This document shows, one piece after another, positions 8,100-18,218 of a DNA stretch of 64,000 nucleotides. The notes beneath the pieces were generated by a model. That model was not told where the DNA came from and made no database searches. It worked only from the letters and a program-made list of their open reading frames with translations. Within the stretch, counting starts at the first letter, position 1. Every line of letters starts with the position of its first letter. This stretch comes from Bdellovibrionales bacterium (GTDB taxonomy: Bacteria; Bdellovibrionota; Bdellovibrionia; Bdellovibrionales; JAGQZY01), in assembly GCA_031426555.1 (NCBI GenBank), contig JANPLN010000064.1:1-64000 (forward strand), read 5' to 3'. A program made the position numbers and the translations under genes.

Positions 8100-9578
8100 G
8101 TGGTGCGTTCTGTTTTTTGTGCAAACAAACCCTACGGAATTTCCTCGCACCAAACAGACACTCACAAACCAGGCTTTATCGAATGGCTGAGTAAACAAAA
8201 AAAGCAGCTGCATTACATTTGTCATCGTTTAGACAAATCCACCACCGGTTGCTTTGTCACCACTCCCAGTCGTGACGATTGCGCTGAACTCAGTGAACTC
8301 TGGAGTGGCGGCCACGTACATAAAAAATATTTGTTCATCACCGACCGAATCCCCAATGAAAAGGAATGGACACAAACTACACCTGTTGATGGCAAAGCCG
8401 CGACAACTCACTTTCGCTGGCTCAAACAGCAGGATAGATTTTCACTGATCGAGGCCATTCCGATCCACGGCCGCACTCATCAGATTCGTATTCACGCCAA
8501 AGAGACGGGCGTGCCCCTCCTCGGAGACACAACTTACGGCGGTTCAACCTACCCACTGATGTTTCTTCACTGCCAAAACATTCGCTCGGAGCACTTCGAC
8601 TTTTCCACAGCGCCACCTCTCGTCTACGCAGATCTTTCGCTTTTATCAGATCCCCTACTTTGCCAGTGGTTGATGTCCTATGACCGTCGCCTGCGACTTT
8701 ATCCGCACTTGCTCGACACAAAACAAAGTTTGCGACTTGTGCACGACGAAGAAACGCCTTTGCGCGTGGATTTGCTGGGCGAAGTGGCCCACGCGGGCTG
8801 GTGGAGTGATGCTCCCCCCTCGCAACAAACTCTTCAAGCCGTGCACCGATTTTTTGAAATATTAAAAATCAGCCAGTGGAGTTTGCAAAATTATGGAAAA
8901 TCCCGCTCATTAGAACATAAATTCTTTATCGACAAAGCACCCACAACGTGGACGGCTTCAGAAAACACTCTCACTTACGAAATGACCAAATCCATAGGAG
9001 CCGCTCCAGGACTGTTTTTAGATCAACGCGAACATCGCCAGTGGCTGCAGGAAAACAGCGAAGGAAAAAAAATCCTCAATCTGTTTGCCTACACCGGAGG
9101 CTTCAGCCTCAATGCCGCGGCTGGAGGGGCCACAGAAGTGGTCACTGTGGACTTAAGCCGAAAATACATCGACTGGAGTAGGAAGAATTTTACTCTCAAT
9201 CATTTTTCCAGCAATAGCTTTAAGTTTTACGACATGGACAGTTTTGACTATCTTAAATTCGCCGCAAAAAAGGCACTGACTTTTGATTTTATTGTGTGTG
9301 ATCCGCCGTCATTCAGTCGCCACGAGAAGACAACTTTCCGCATAGAAAAAGACTTTCCGCAGCTCATGGAAATGTGCCTCGCGGTGTTATCGTCGAAAGG
9401 GACTTTGCTTTTTTCGACGAACTTTGAACAGTGGGATGCGGCCGTTTGGGAATCGCAAATAAAAAGCAAGTGCGGGCTTCAAGGCATTGAATTTACAAGC
9501 AACTTTTCCATGCAGTGGGACTTCGATTGGCACCAAAATAACAGCTTGCTCAAATCCTTTCGATTCGTAAAGAAATAA
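8100..9578 (+). CDS. Fusion of RluA-family pseudouridine synthase and RlmI/RlmK-like SAM methyltransferase
   Basis: N-terminal NKPYG, HRLDKSTTG, GRTHQIRIH, PLLGDTTYG; C-terminal GLFLDQR, LNLFAYTGGFS, CDPPSF. Confidence 0.88.
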   Translation: MVRSVFCANKPYGISSHQTDTHKPGFIEWLSKQKKQLHYICHRLDKSTTGCFVTTPSRDDCAELSELWSGGHVHKKYLFITDRIPNEKEWTQTTPVDGKAATTHFRWLKQQDRFSLIEAIPIHGRTHQIRIHAKETGVPLLGDTTYGGSTYPLMFLHCQNIRSEHFDFSTAPPLVYADLSLLSDPLLCQWLMSYDRRLRLYPHLLDTKQSLRLVHDEETPLRVDLLGEVAHAGWWSDAPPSQQTLQAVHRFFEILKISQWSLQNYGKSRSLEHKFFIDKAPTTWTASENTLTYEMTKSIGAAPGLFLDQREHRQWLQENSEGKKILNLFAYTGGFSLNAAAGGATEVVTVDLSRKYIDWSRKNFTLNHFSSNSFKFYDMDSFDYLKFAAKKALTFDFIVCDPPSFSRHEKTTFRIEKDFPQLMEMCLAVLSSKGTLLFSTNFEQWDAAVWESQIKSKCGLQGIEFTSNFSMQWDFDWHQNNSLLKSFRFVKK

Positions 9579-9639
9579 TTGCATGGTGTGTCAATTTTCG
9601 ATACAACCCCCATTGGATTGTGTATAACCCGAGCGAATC

Positions 9640-10188
9640 ATGAAACTTTTAAAAATGCGAAACCTCTTTCTTTTCACCAACTTAATGCTCCTCTCTGCAT
9701 GCTCCACGTCGCTTGTGCAACTGAAACCGAACTGCTCCGAAATCAATTGGTTTGAGCGCGGTCGCCAAGATGGAATGCAAGGACAACCCTCCAACAATTG
9801 GATGATGAAAGCCGAAGAGTGCGAACTGATGACCAAAGATGAAATCCAAAGTTTTATGGATGGCTGGAATAATGGTCTGGCCATGTACTGCACACAGGAG
9901 CACGGTTTTGCTTCGGCCAAGGCGGGTCAGCCCTATCGCAAAACTTGTCCAGAAAAGTACGAAGAGGACTTCCTTACAGGTTATCAGGAAGGTCTTAACG
10001 TTTTTATGATCGAAAAAGAAACCTCTCTTTTGATCAACAAGATCGCGAACGAAGAAACCAACCTTAAAAAGGCAACGCGAAATTCGAGTGAATACTCGCA
10101 AATTCAAAAGACTCTTGAAAATCTGAAAGAAAAGAAACAGGCCAATTTGAAAACTCTTGAAAAGTACAATCACCCTATCGCAAGATAG
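9640..10188 (+). CDS. DUF2799-family lipoprotein
   Basis: Lipobox LLSAC; C..INWFERGRQDG, GWNNGLAMYC, C-terminal coiled coil. Confidence 0.85.
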   Translation: MKLLKMRNLFLFTNLMLLSACSTSLVQLKPNCSEINWFERGRQDGMQGQPSNNWMMKAEECELMTKDEIQSFMDGWNNGLAMYCTQEHGFASAKAGQPYRKTCPEKYEEDFLTGYQEGLNVFMIEKETSLLINKIANEETNLKKATRNSSEYSQIQKTLENLKEKKQANLKTLEKYNHPIAR

Positions 10189-10192
10189 GGCT

Positions 10193-11299
10193 ATGAAGTC
10201 CGCAAGTATCCTCGCCGTTGGCACCGAAATCACCGATGGGCAAATCACCAACTCAAATGCTCAATGGCTTTCGCAAAAGCTGCAAGATCTTAATATCGAT
10301 GTTTCTTTGCACCTCAGTGCGCCCGATACACCATTGCTTATTCAAAAAACGCTCGAGCTTGCGACCGCGCACAGCGATCTTATTTTTGTTTGCGGAGGCC
10401 TTGGCCCCACGAGCGATGATCTCACCCGCAATGTGGTCAGTGATTTTTTACAGCTCCCTCTTGAACTCTCGGCCTCAGCCTGGATCGAAGTTCAGGAAAA
10501 GCTTGAATCGCGCAACGTTATAGTTCGCGAGGCCCACCAGCAGCAGTGCTTGTTTCCAAAAACGGCAAAAGTTCTTTCCAACACCGCTGGCGTGGCGCCG
10601 GGCTTTTATGTGCAACAGCAATCCAAACACTACTGGGTGCTCCCCGGGCCTCCCCACGAGATCGAAAGCATTTGGCAAAATGGTGTCGAGCAACAACTGC
10701 GTTCGCAATTTTCTCAAACAAAGCATTTGCAGCTCACCACGTGGCTTTGCCTAGGAGCGCCAGAATCAGAACTCGCACATACCGCGGAAAATTTTTTTAG
10801 GAGTTTTGGCTTTGAAAAAAAATTAGGCTATCGGCTGCAAGTTCCTTACGTGGAAATTAAACTTTGGCACGATGCCAAAAATAACCAAGCGCAAGCGGCA
10901 GTTAGCGAATTTACAAAACAACTTGGCTCCTTTTATATTGATTCCAGTCTCGGGTTAATCAATAGAAATATCGAACAATTATTAAAAGCACAGGTGCCAG
11001 TGCTCATTCAGGATGCGAGCAGCTCGGGTCTTCTGCTCACACGACTCACGCAAGCGCTGGGTTCTCCTCTCTGGGAGCACGGGTTTCAATATCATTTGGG
11101 ACCGAGCTCATCGGTACCCCTCAAAGATATAAACACTCTGCGCGTTGCAACCCACGAGCAAAACTGGCACTGCGAATGGCAGGCTGAAGGTAAAAAATCA
11201 AAATGGGACGTGGGCACTCCCTCCAACAAGAAATCAAAGTGGAGAGAGTCGTTTTTGGTAGAAAAACTTATTCTAGAATGGTTGAAAGAGCTTCGATAA
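10193..11299 (+). CDS. cinA: CinA-family (MoCF-biosynthesis-like domain) protein with degenerate C-terminus
   Basis: SILAVGTEITDGQITNSNAQWL, GGLGPTSDDLT, GVAPG, LPGPPHE; ATG 10193. Confidence 0.85.
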   Translation: MKSASILAVGTEITDGQITNSNAQWLSQKLQDLNIDVSLHLSAPDTPLLIQKTLELATAHSDLIFVCGGLGPTSDDLTRNVVSDFLQLPLELSASAWIEVQEKLESRNVIVREAHQQQCLFPKTAKVLSNTAGVAPGFYVQQQSKHYWVLPGPPHEIESIWQNGVEQQLRSQFSQTKHLQLTTWLCLGAPESELAHTAENFFRSFGFEKKLGYRLQVPYVEIKLWHDAKNNQAQAAVSEFTKQLGSFYIDSSLGLINRNIEQLLKAQVPVLIQDASSSGLLLTRLTQALGSPLWEHGFQYHLGPSSSVPLKDINTLRVATHEQNWHCEWQAEGKKSKWDVGTPSNKKSKWRESFLVEKLILEWLKELR

Positions 11300-11615
11300 C
11301 TTCGTCAAAGTCTTCCATGGGCGTTACACACTTTACGCCCACGATAAAATCGTTTCCTTCTTTAACAACAACCACATCATCGGTGGTGGCGCCAAAGTTT
11401 CGCTCGAAGAGAGCGAGATCTGAATACATCAAAATATAAAAATTGGAATCCGTGGACAATGTGGCCGTAAATTTTTGCTGCACTAGGTAATACAGATTCA
11501 AAGCTGCGCTTTCAAAAGCGCTGTTAAAATAGATACGATAAGGATCAAAAAAAATAGCGGTATTAAAAAAATGGCTATAATAATTCGAGCGGGTTAACAA
11601 AAATTCTTGCTGCAT
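11268..11615 (-). CDS. Hypothetical protein
   Basis: GGGGG SD before ATG 11615; fills the gap after hutI. Confidence 0.65.
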   Translation of the reverse strand: MQQEFLLTRSNYYSHFFNTAIFFDPYRIYFNSAFESAALNLYYLVQQKFTATLSTDSNFYILMYSDLALFERNFGATTDDVVVVKEGNDFIVGVKCVTPMEDFDEVIEALSTILE

Positions 11616-11677
11616 ATGGCCCCCTAAAGCTAGGCAAACACAGCCAAAAATTATTTTCAATGAGAATTTTTAATAAA

Positions 11678-12916
11678 CTAGACCTTACTGGATTGCCCAT
11701 TCACCCAGACAGAGTTCATTGCAATTGGCGAAAGGTCATAAAAAAACTGGTCCCAGTTTTTATCCGCGATAAAGAAATCAGCATTCGCCCCTGGCAATAA
11801 AAAACCACGGGATTTCTCAAGCCCCAAAGCATACGCAGCGCCTAGAGTCGTTGCGCAAAACACTTCGGGAAGGGTCATTCGCATTTCTTGCCGGGCTAAC
11901 AGCCCCGCCCATTGCAGGTTTTGGGTTGGTGACGTGCCGGGATTGAAATCTGTGGCAACAGCCACGCGCGCTCCGCGATCAATCAATTGTCGCGCTGGCG
12001 GATACGGACAGCGTAAATAAAAATCGGCCGTGGGTAATAAAACACATGTCATTTCTGATAACGCCACTTTTTCGATATCTTTTTGATCGATGCAAATCAC
12101 ATGATCGGCAGATTGGGCTTTAAGATCAACAGCTAAAGCGGTGGCTCCCGTGCGCGTTATTTGATCGGCGTGGATGGTGACCATCAAGCCCACGTCTTTG
12201 GCGCGTTGTAAAAAACGCCGCGACTCATCCAATGAGAAATAGTTCTTTTCGATAAAGATGTCCACTCGCTGCGCCAGTTTTTGTTTGGCAATCAGTGGCA
12301 AAGCCTCTTGCAGCTGCTGCAAATACTCCGACGTAGACGCACACTCGGGCGGTAGCGCATGGGCTCCTAGAAAAGTGGCAATGACCTGCACAGGAGTTTC
12401 CTGTTGCCGCAAAATTTTTAAAAGGCGAATCTCTTCTTTTACGGACAAACCATAACCGGACTTCACTTCAACAGTTGTAATGCCTTGTTTTAAAAAATTG
12501 AGCAGCCTTTCGTTGAGCAGTTTTTGAAGAACAGTGGATGAAGCCTTGCGCGTGGCCCGCATCGTGGAAAAAATACCCCCACCTTTTTTAGCAATTTCTA
12601 AGTAGGTCATTCCTTGCAATCGCATCTCAAATTCATTGGCTCTATCGCCAGCAAAAAGACTGTGAGTGTGACAGTCGATAAAGCCTGGAAAAATATTCCC
12701 ATGAACGGCGATTTGTTTTTTTACTTTGTGAAACTCACGGGGAATTTTTTTTTGCGGGCCCACCCACAATACTTTCGGCCCTTGCACGACCATGGCTTGC
12801 TTCTTAACCAGCCCCAGATGCTCTTCTTTGATGGGCCCGCGGGCTTTGCGCTCCCGCGCCCCCTGAAGAGTCAGCATCTCTGAAATGTGAGTCAAAACAA
12901 CCGGCTTCATCGTCAT
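11678..12916 (-). CDS. hutI: Imidazolonepropionase
   Basis: PGFIDCHTH, GDRANEF, EVKSGYGL, TFLGAH, HADQ, ATDFNPGTSP. Confidence 0.95.
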   Translation of the reverse strand: MTMKPVVLTHISEMLTLQGARERKARGPIKEEHLGLVKKQAMVVQGPKVLWVGPQKKIPREFHKVKKQIAVHGNIFPGFIDCHTHSLFAGDRANEFEMRLQGMTYLEIAKKGGGIFSTMRATRKASSTVLQKLLNERLLNFLKQGITTVEVKSGYGLSVKEEIRLLKILRQQETPVQVIATFLGAHALPPECASTSEYLQQLQEALPLIAKQKLAQRVDIFIEKNYFSLDESRRFLQRAKDVGLMVTIHADQITRTGATALAVDLKAQSADHVICIDQKDIEKVALSEMTCVLLPTADFYLRCPYPPARQLIDRGARVAVATDFNPGTSPTQNLQWAGLLARQEMRMTLPEVFCATTLGAAYALGLEKSRGFLLPGANADFFIADKNWDQFFYDLSPIAMNSVWVNGQSSKV

Positions 12917-13049
12917 CCTACAATTTCAAATCCTACAATCTCAATTTGAGTCATATCCAGCTCATTATCAATTCATAAACCCAGATCAAGTCAATGGCTT
13001 TGTTTTTTGCCAGAAAACGCCTTATCCTAGAGTTTGATTCGGGGGAACT

Positions 13050-14507
13050 ATCTTTAAATTTTTTATCTTTATTATTGCGCCCGTTTTAATCATGATCATT
13101 GCAGAATCATGCTCAAAGATGGAAAGCTCTGATGGCTCCCTGACGGGACTGTATTCATCGGACACCAACGTTTGTTCCGACACATACAAACCAACGATTC
13201 AACTCAACACAAAATCGCAAAGCACAGCTTCCTATGTAAACCCTTTCGAGCAACACAAAGTTCATCTCTCCAAAAACGGTCTGAGTAAATCAACATCCAC
13301 ACTCATAGATCAAACGGTCATCGTAATGTTGCACACTCAGTGTCAGCCAGAGCTCGACAGTTTGAGTGACCGCGTTTTAAAAGCCAGTCCCGATCAAGAA
13401 TTTCTTCCGACACAACAGGCGTTTTCTTTTGAAATTAACGAAGACTGGAGTGTTTCCGAACTCGAAAAGGCTGCTGAATCCGATCCCTGTATTGTTGGCG
13501 TCACTCCTCCCGACCAAGTCACAACCACTCGCCTTGCCCTGCCAACGACGTCCGACACGCACCTTGAAAAGTTGGATCATCTCGGCTTTACTAATTACAC
13601 CCACGCCTATGAATATTTAGTCAAAAAACAAACCTCTGCAAATTCCATTGTCTCGGTGATCGATACTGGAGTTGAATGCTCACACCCCGATCTCGTCGGT
13701 AACTTGGTTTCTAACTGCGGCTTTAACCTTTTGAACTCCAGTCAACAGCCGCTAGATGTGAGCTCGGGACACGGAAGCCACGTCGCGGGACTTATCGGTG
13801 CGGTTGGCAACAACAACGCGGGCACCTTAGGTGTTTCGGGAACCATCCGCATTCAAGCCCTGAAAGTACTTAGCGACAGTGCCACCTCCGCCACTTACAC
13901 CTATAACGGTATTCAATATGCGATCACGCAAAATGTGGACGTGATTAATCTCAGCCTCACCGGGACAAATTCTCAGCAGCGCATCCTCACACTGGAACAA
14001 GCCGTGGCCGATGCTGTGGCCGCAGGAATTGTCGTCGTTATGGCCGCAGGCAACCACGCCCTCCAGCTGGGAACTGATGCCTTTGTGTCTCCGGCGATGG
14101 CTGGGTCATTGATCAACGGCGCGATCACAGTGGGGTCCTTGGACTCACAATCGGGTCGGCTTTCCACATTTTCGAACTTTGGCAATCAAGTGGAAATTGC
14201 CGCCCCTGGCGCCATCAATTCCTACTCCAGCGGAACAATCACCGGTCTTTATTCCTTGGCTCCCGGGCGCACCTACCAGCGCCTGATGGGCACCTCGCAA
14301 GCCGCTCCCATTGTCACTGGAGCAGTGGCTTTAGTGATCCAGTTTTTAAAGCAAAAGCGGGTGCCCTACTCGCCAGCCGACATTGAAAGAATTATTACCC
14401 AGTCCACCGACTCTGCACCAATCCTTGTTAATGGAGGACGCTCACTTAACTTTTCCAAACTGGTCCGTAACACCTACGAATATGCAGGAATTAATCTCTG
14501 CCCTTGA
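13050..14507 (+). CDS. Subtilisin-like S8 serine protease, probable lipoprotein; start either ATC 13050 or ATG 13092
   Basis: VIDTG, HGSHVAG, AAGN, GTSQAAP; open in-frame hydrophobic stretch 13050-13091 behind GGGGG SD. Confidence 0.9.
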   Translation: MFKFFIFIIAPVLIMIIAESCSKMESSDGSLTGLYSSDTNVCSDTYKPTIQLNTKSQSTASYVNPFEQHKVHLSKNGLSKSTSTLIDQTVIVMLHTQCQPELDSLSDRVLKASPDQEFLPTQQAFSFEINEDWSVSELEKAAESDPCIVGVTPPDQVTTTRLALPTTSDTHLEKLDHLGFTNYTHAYEYLVKKQTSANSIVSVIDTGVECSHPDLVGNLVSNCGFNLLNSSQQPLDVSSGHGSHVAGLIGAVGNNNAGTLGVSGTIRIQALKVLSDSATSATYTYNGIQYAITQNVDVINLSLTGTNSQQRILTLEQAVADAVAAGIVVVMAAGNHALQLGTDAFVSPAMAGSLINGAITVGSLDSQSGRLSTFSNFGNQVEIAAPGAINSYSSGTITGLYSLAPGRTYQRLMGTSQAAPIVTGAVALVIQFLKQKRVPYSPADIERIITQSTDSAPILVNGGRSLNFSKLVRNTYEYAGINLCP

Positions 14508-14601
14508 CTCACTCATGACCTCGTTCCCTCGTCTTTGAATTAATTACACCGCGAGTGACAAATATTGTCTTTGATGACGCTTTGCGATATTAACCTCCAG
14601 C

Positions 14602-15528
14602 ATGTCTTTGAATGTTTCTAAACACTTGTTTTTATGGATCTTCAGCGCCGCTCTCATCAGTTGCTCATCGGACAAAGCTTCACCACCCTGCCAGTACCAA
14701 AGCCAATCGCAATTTACACTTCAACCAAGCACCGTTCCCGAAAATTTGGGTCTCGCTTTTGAGCAGCAAAAATTAATCGAGTTGATGTGGACCTCATCAG
14801 CTCAAAGTGAATGTTTTTTGCGAAAAAACGGCGGCGTGCGGGTTTTTACAATCTCCAACGGACGATCTACTGGGGAAAACACCTTTGTGACTTTAAAAAA
14901 AGCTCCAACAACCTCTGAGCAAAACTGGAATGGAAGCCAGGATGAAATTCGCGGTAACTCAAACGAACCGACTCTCGACCTACTAGGCCTAACCACCTTT
15001 TGGTTCTATTCAACTCCGAATGAACGAATCGTGGGCGCAGAAATCCTCCTGCGCGCAGACGGGCGCCCTTGGCATCTATGGCACGAGTACGCGCACGTTC
15101 TCATCGGTGAATTGCGGGTAAGATCATCGGAATTATCGCTGCGTGATCCAAAAGCGAAAGACGTTAAGGATGCCCTCGACACAGCCCTTTCTCAGACGAC
15201 GAGCGACAACTTTCAGGAAAAGTTTACCACCTTTTCAGAATTGCAATTGGACTACATGCAAAAAGCATTTCTAGACGAAGTTCTTATCGAACGCACACTT
15301 CAAGATTTGATTTCCCAAAGCAGCGATCTACTACCGGTGGATCAACGAGATTTTCAGGAGTCGCAAGCAGTGATCGATCGCTTTACAAAGAGATACCAAT
15401 CGTATCTTCAGCGTCAGGAGCAGATGCTTAAAAGAATCGCGAGTGTGCTGAGCGCCGATCAGCAGGCTGTAGTTCAAACCCACCTCTCGCGGATGCAAAA
15501 GCAAAACTTATTGCTACTTGCGCTTTAA
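14602..15528 (+). CDS. Lipoprotein with HExxH motif (putative zinc metallopeptidase)
   Basis: Lipobox LISC; WHEYAHVL; downstream DEVLIE. Confidence 0.65.
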   Translation: MSLNVSKHLFLWIFSAALISCSSDKASPPCQYQSQSQFTLQPSTVPENLGLAFEQQKLIELMWTSSAQSECFLRKNGGVRVFTISNGRSTGENTFVTLKKAPTTSEQNWNGSQDEIRGNSNEPTLDLLGLTTFWFYSTPNERIVGAEILLRADGRPWHLWHEYAHVLIGELRVRSSELSLRDPKAKDVKDALDTALSQTTSDNFQEKFTTFSELQLDYMQKAFLDEVLIERTLQDLISQSSDLLPVDQRDFQESQAVIDRFTKRYQSYLQRQEQMLKRIASVLSADQQAVVQTHLSRMQKQNLLLLAL

Positions 15529-15843
15529 TTTCTTATTTTTCCGAAGTTTCTTTTCTCTTTCGGCAGCGTCCACCGAAAGATCGCCAACAACGGCGTTGGG
15601 AGTTCGTTGTTTTTTTATATATTTTTTTTGAATCTGCCGATCGTCCAAGCCCATTTTTTTTTGCCTGTGCTGGCGTTCGTTGTCGGAGCGTGAAATGGCT
15701 CGCTCCAAAGACGTCGGTCGGTGCCTGCCTTGCGCTTCCTGGGTAAAATCCAAGGTGGTCATATTTTGATAAAGAGAGCCGACCCATGCTAGAGCCGCAA
15801 GAATCCCGGCAATTTTATACTTTCTGTATCCGGCATGATCCAT
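15514..15843 (-). CDS. Small basic membrane-anchored hypothetical protein
   Basis: One N-terminal TM; Lys/Arg-rich; sigma28-like promoter upstream. Confidence 0.55.
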   Translation of the reverse strand: MDHAGYRKYKIAGILAALAWVGSLYQNMTTLDFTQEAQGRHRPTSLERAISRSDNERQHRQKKMGLDDRQIQKKYIKKQRTPNAVVGDLSVDAAEREKKLRKNKKLKRK

Positions 15844-15869
15844 TGGAGTCTTCTTTCTCGCTTGATTCC

Positions 15870-15896
15870 TTATCGAACAGAAAAAAGAAAAGTTAA
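15870..15896 (-). promoter_or_regulatory. Sigma28 (FliA)-like promoter
   Basis: Minus strand TTAA-N15-TTCGATAA vs consensus TAAA-N15-GCCGATAA. Confidence 0.5.
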
Positions 15897-16010
15897 GGTT
15901 TAAGTGGCCTTAGGCCCAACTACCTGTATGAAGTGTTTCAAAATGGTTCAATGATCGTGGGGATTGCGCAAAGATTGTTGATAAAAATTCAGAAGAATAT
16001 TCAGAGACCG

Positions 16011-18218
16011 TTAGATCTGCGTCACTCTGGTGACGCCTAAAATGCCTTTGATCTTTTGTAAATTGTGAATGGCCACGTTTAACTGAGCCGTGTCGCGAAC
16101 GGCGACGTCGAACAAACAAATGGCTTTCATATCTTTCGTCACGCGAACCTGTGCATTAAAAATATTCATTCCTAAACTGGCGAAGGTTTCACTCATTGCT
16201 TTGAGCAAGCCTGGACTGTCGTTACTGATCACACGTATGCGCACCGTTCGCTCCACACCCTCTGGTGTAGATGTTACGTTCCAGCCCACTTCCACTTCGC
16301 GATCTTTATCAAACGTGAAAACTTTTTGGCAGTCGGCTTTGTGAATCGTTATCCCTCGCCCACGCGATATAAAACCGCGAATTGGATCGCCCGGAATTGG
16401 GCTGCAACATTTTCCAAAGCGAACAAGAATATCATCCATTCCGTCGACAGAAATTAACGAGCGGCTTTTCTTTTTTTCCTTTTGCACAGCCGATTTGTAA
16501 ACCTTTTGCAAAAAGGAATCCGGTTTGTTTTCGGCCTTAATAGCATTTTCATCGTCATTTAATTCGAGAGCTTTGAATACCTGTCGCGGAAGCATCTTTC
16601 CATAACCCACGCGAACGTAAAGATCATCGAGATCGTTGGCTCCCGTTTTACGCAACTCTTCGATCTGCATAACCATTTCGGGTTTTAAGGTTTTTGCTAA
16701 ATTATGCCCATGCTTGCGAAACTCTTTTTCTAAAAGTTCGCGACCAAGCTCCATCGCTTTTTTGCGCTCCTCATTTTGAATAAATGCTCGGATGCGCGAC
16801 TTCGCCTTGGAGGTAACACAGAATTTCAACCAATCTTTAGACGGAGATCGGGTTTTCGAAATCATAATTTCCACAGTGTCGCCATTTTTTAACGGCGTTT
16901 TTAGTGGCACCATTTTCCCATTCACTCGGGCAGCCACCGTGTGCGAACCCACATCGGTATGTATCGCATAGGCAAAATCCACTGGTGTGGCACGATCTGG
17001 CAATTCCCGCACATCCCCCTTGGGTGTGAACACATAAATCTGTGCTTCGGTAAGATCGGTTTTAATGTTTTCTAAAAACTCTCCAGAATGAGAGGACGAT
17101 TGATTTTGATTTACGAGTTCTTGCAGCCACGCCATGTGTTGCATGGTGGCCTCGGACACATTGCCACCCTCTTTGTATTGCCAGTGCGCTGCAATCCCAC
17201 GCTCGGCGATCAAATGCATTTCCTCGGTGCGAATTTGTATTTCAATGCGCTCGGCACCCGGTCCGACAACGGAGGTGTGAAGACTGCGGTAGCTATTGAC
17301 CTTGGGCATAGCAATGAAATCTTTAAAGCGCCCGGGAATCGGTTTCCACATTCCGTGAACGTGACCCAAAACTTCGTAGCAGTGCGGGACTGTATCCACA
17401 ATCACGCGAAACGCCAAAACATCATAGACATGCTCGTAATCTACACCTGACAGCGCCATTTTTTTATAAATCGAATACAGATGTTTCGGGCGCCCCTGCA
17501 CGCGGAACGGCGACTTGATGTGCTTCGCCAACTCATCAATTAAATTTTTCTTTACATCATCAATGTACTTTTCGCGCTCGACCTTTTTTTTGGTCACTTT
17601 TTGCGCCAGCGAATAATACATCTCGGGATTTGAATAACGAAATGCGAGATCTTCCAGTTCAATTTTTACCGAGTTGATCCCTAATCGGCTAGCTAAGGGC
17701 GCATAAATGTCGAGCGTTTCCTGACCAATGCGCATTTGTTTTTCGTAGGGCATATGATTCAGAGTGCGCATGTTGTGTAGGCGATCGGCCAACTTTACCA
17801 GCGTCACCCGAACGTCTTTGCCCATGGCGACGATAAGCTTGCGGACATTCTCACCCTGCTTTTCGTGGGTGTTTTTAAACGACATTTGCGAAATTTTTGT
17901 CACGCCATCCACCAACTGACGAATCGAAGCACCAAACTCTTTTTCAATGACCTCCAAGGTCACTTTGGTGTCTTCAACGGTGTCGTGAAGGAGGCCGGTG
18001 ATAATGGTGGCTAGATCCAAGCGAAGATCGGCTAAAATTTCGGCCACACCAATGGGATGAAAAATATAGGCTTCGCCGCTCCGGCGAAATTGTCCTTCAT
18101 GGGCCGATTTGGAAAACTCGTAGGCCTTTCGAACCAAATCGATATCGGCCAATGGGTAATAGGCTTTGATTTTATTGCAGAGGTTATCAATTTCTGTAAT
18201 CTCAGAAGGCTTCGCCAT
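16011..18218 (-). CDS. spoT: Bifunctional (p)ppGpp synthetase/hydrolase Rel/SpoT
   Basis: HD domain (LLHDTVED), KLADRLHNMRT, GRPKHLYSIYKKM, EIQIRT, TGS, CC and ACT domains. Confidence 0.97.
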   Translation of the reverse strand: MAKPSEITEIDNLCNKIKAYYPLADIDLVRKAYEFSKSAHEGQFRRSGEAYIFHPIGVAEILADLRLDLATIITGLLHDTVEDTKVTLEVIEKEFGASIRQLVDGVTKISQMSFKNTHEKQGENVRKLIVAMGKDVRVTLVKLADRLHNMRTLNHMPYEKQMRIGQETLDIYAPLASRLGINSVKIELEDLAFRYSNPEMYYSLAQKVTKKKVEREKYIDDVKKNLIDELAKHIKSPFRVQGRPKHLYSIYKKMALSGVDYEHVYDVLAFRVIVDTVPHCYEVLGHVHGMWKPIPGRFKDFIAMPKVNSYRSLHTSVVGPGAERIEIQIRTEEMHLIAERGIAAHWQYKEGGNVSEATMQHMAWLQELVNQNQSSSHSGEFLENIKTDLTEAQIYVFTPKGDVRELPDRATPVDFAYAIHTDVGSHTVAARVNGKMVPLKTPLKNGDTVEIMISKTRSPSKDWLKFCVTSKAKSRIRAFIQNEERKKAMELGRELLEKEFRKHGHNLAKTLKPEMVMQIEELRKTGANDLDDLYVRVGYGKMLPRQVFKALELNDDENAIKAENKPDSFLQKVYKSAVQKEKKKSRSLISVDGMDDILVRFGKCCSPIPGDPIRGFISRGRGITIHKADCQKVFTFDKDREVEVGWNVTSTPEGVERTVRIRVISNDSPGLLKAMSETFASLGMNIFNAQVRVTKDMKAICLFDVAVRDTAQLNVAIHNLQKIKGILGVTRVTQI

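Noticed and set aside
9682..10251. 189-aa minus-strand ORF
   Set aside because: Antisense to the DUF2799 lipoprotein and cinA
11678..12916. Complete hut operon
   Set aside because: Only hutI is present; dispersed hut genes are unremarkable
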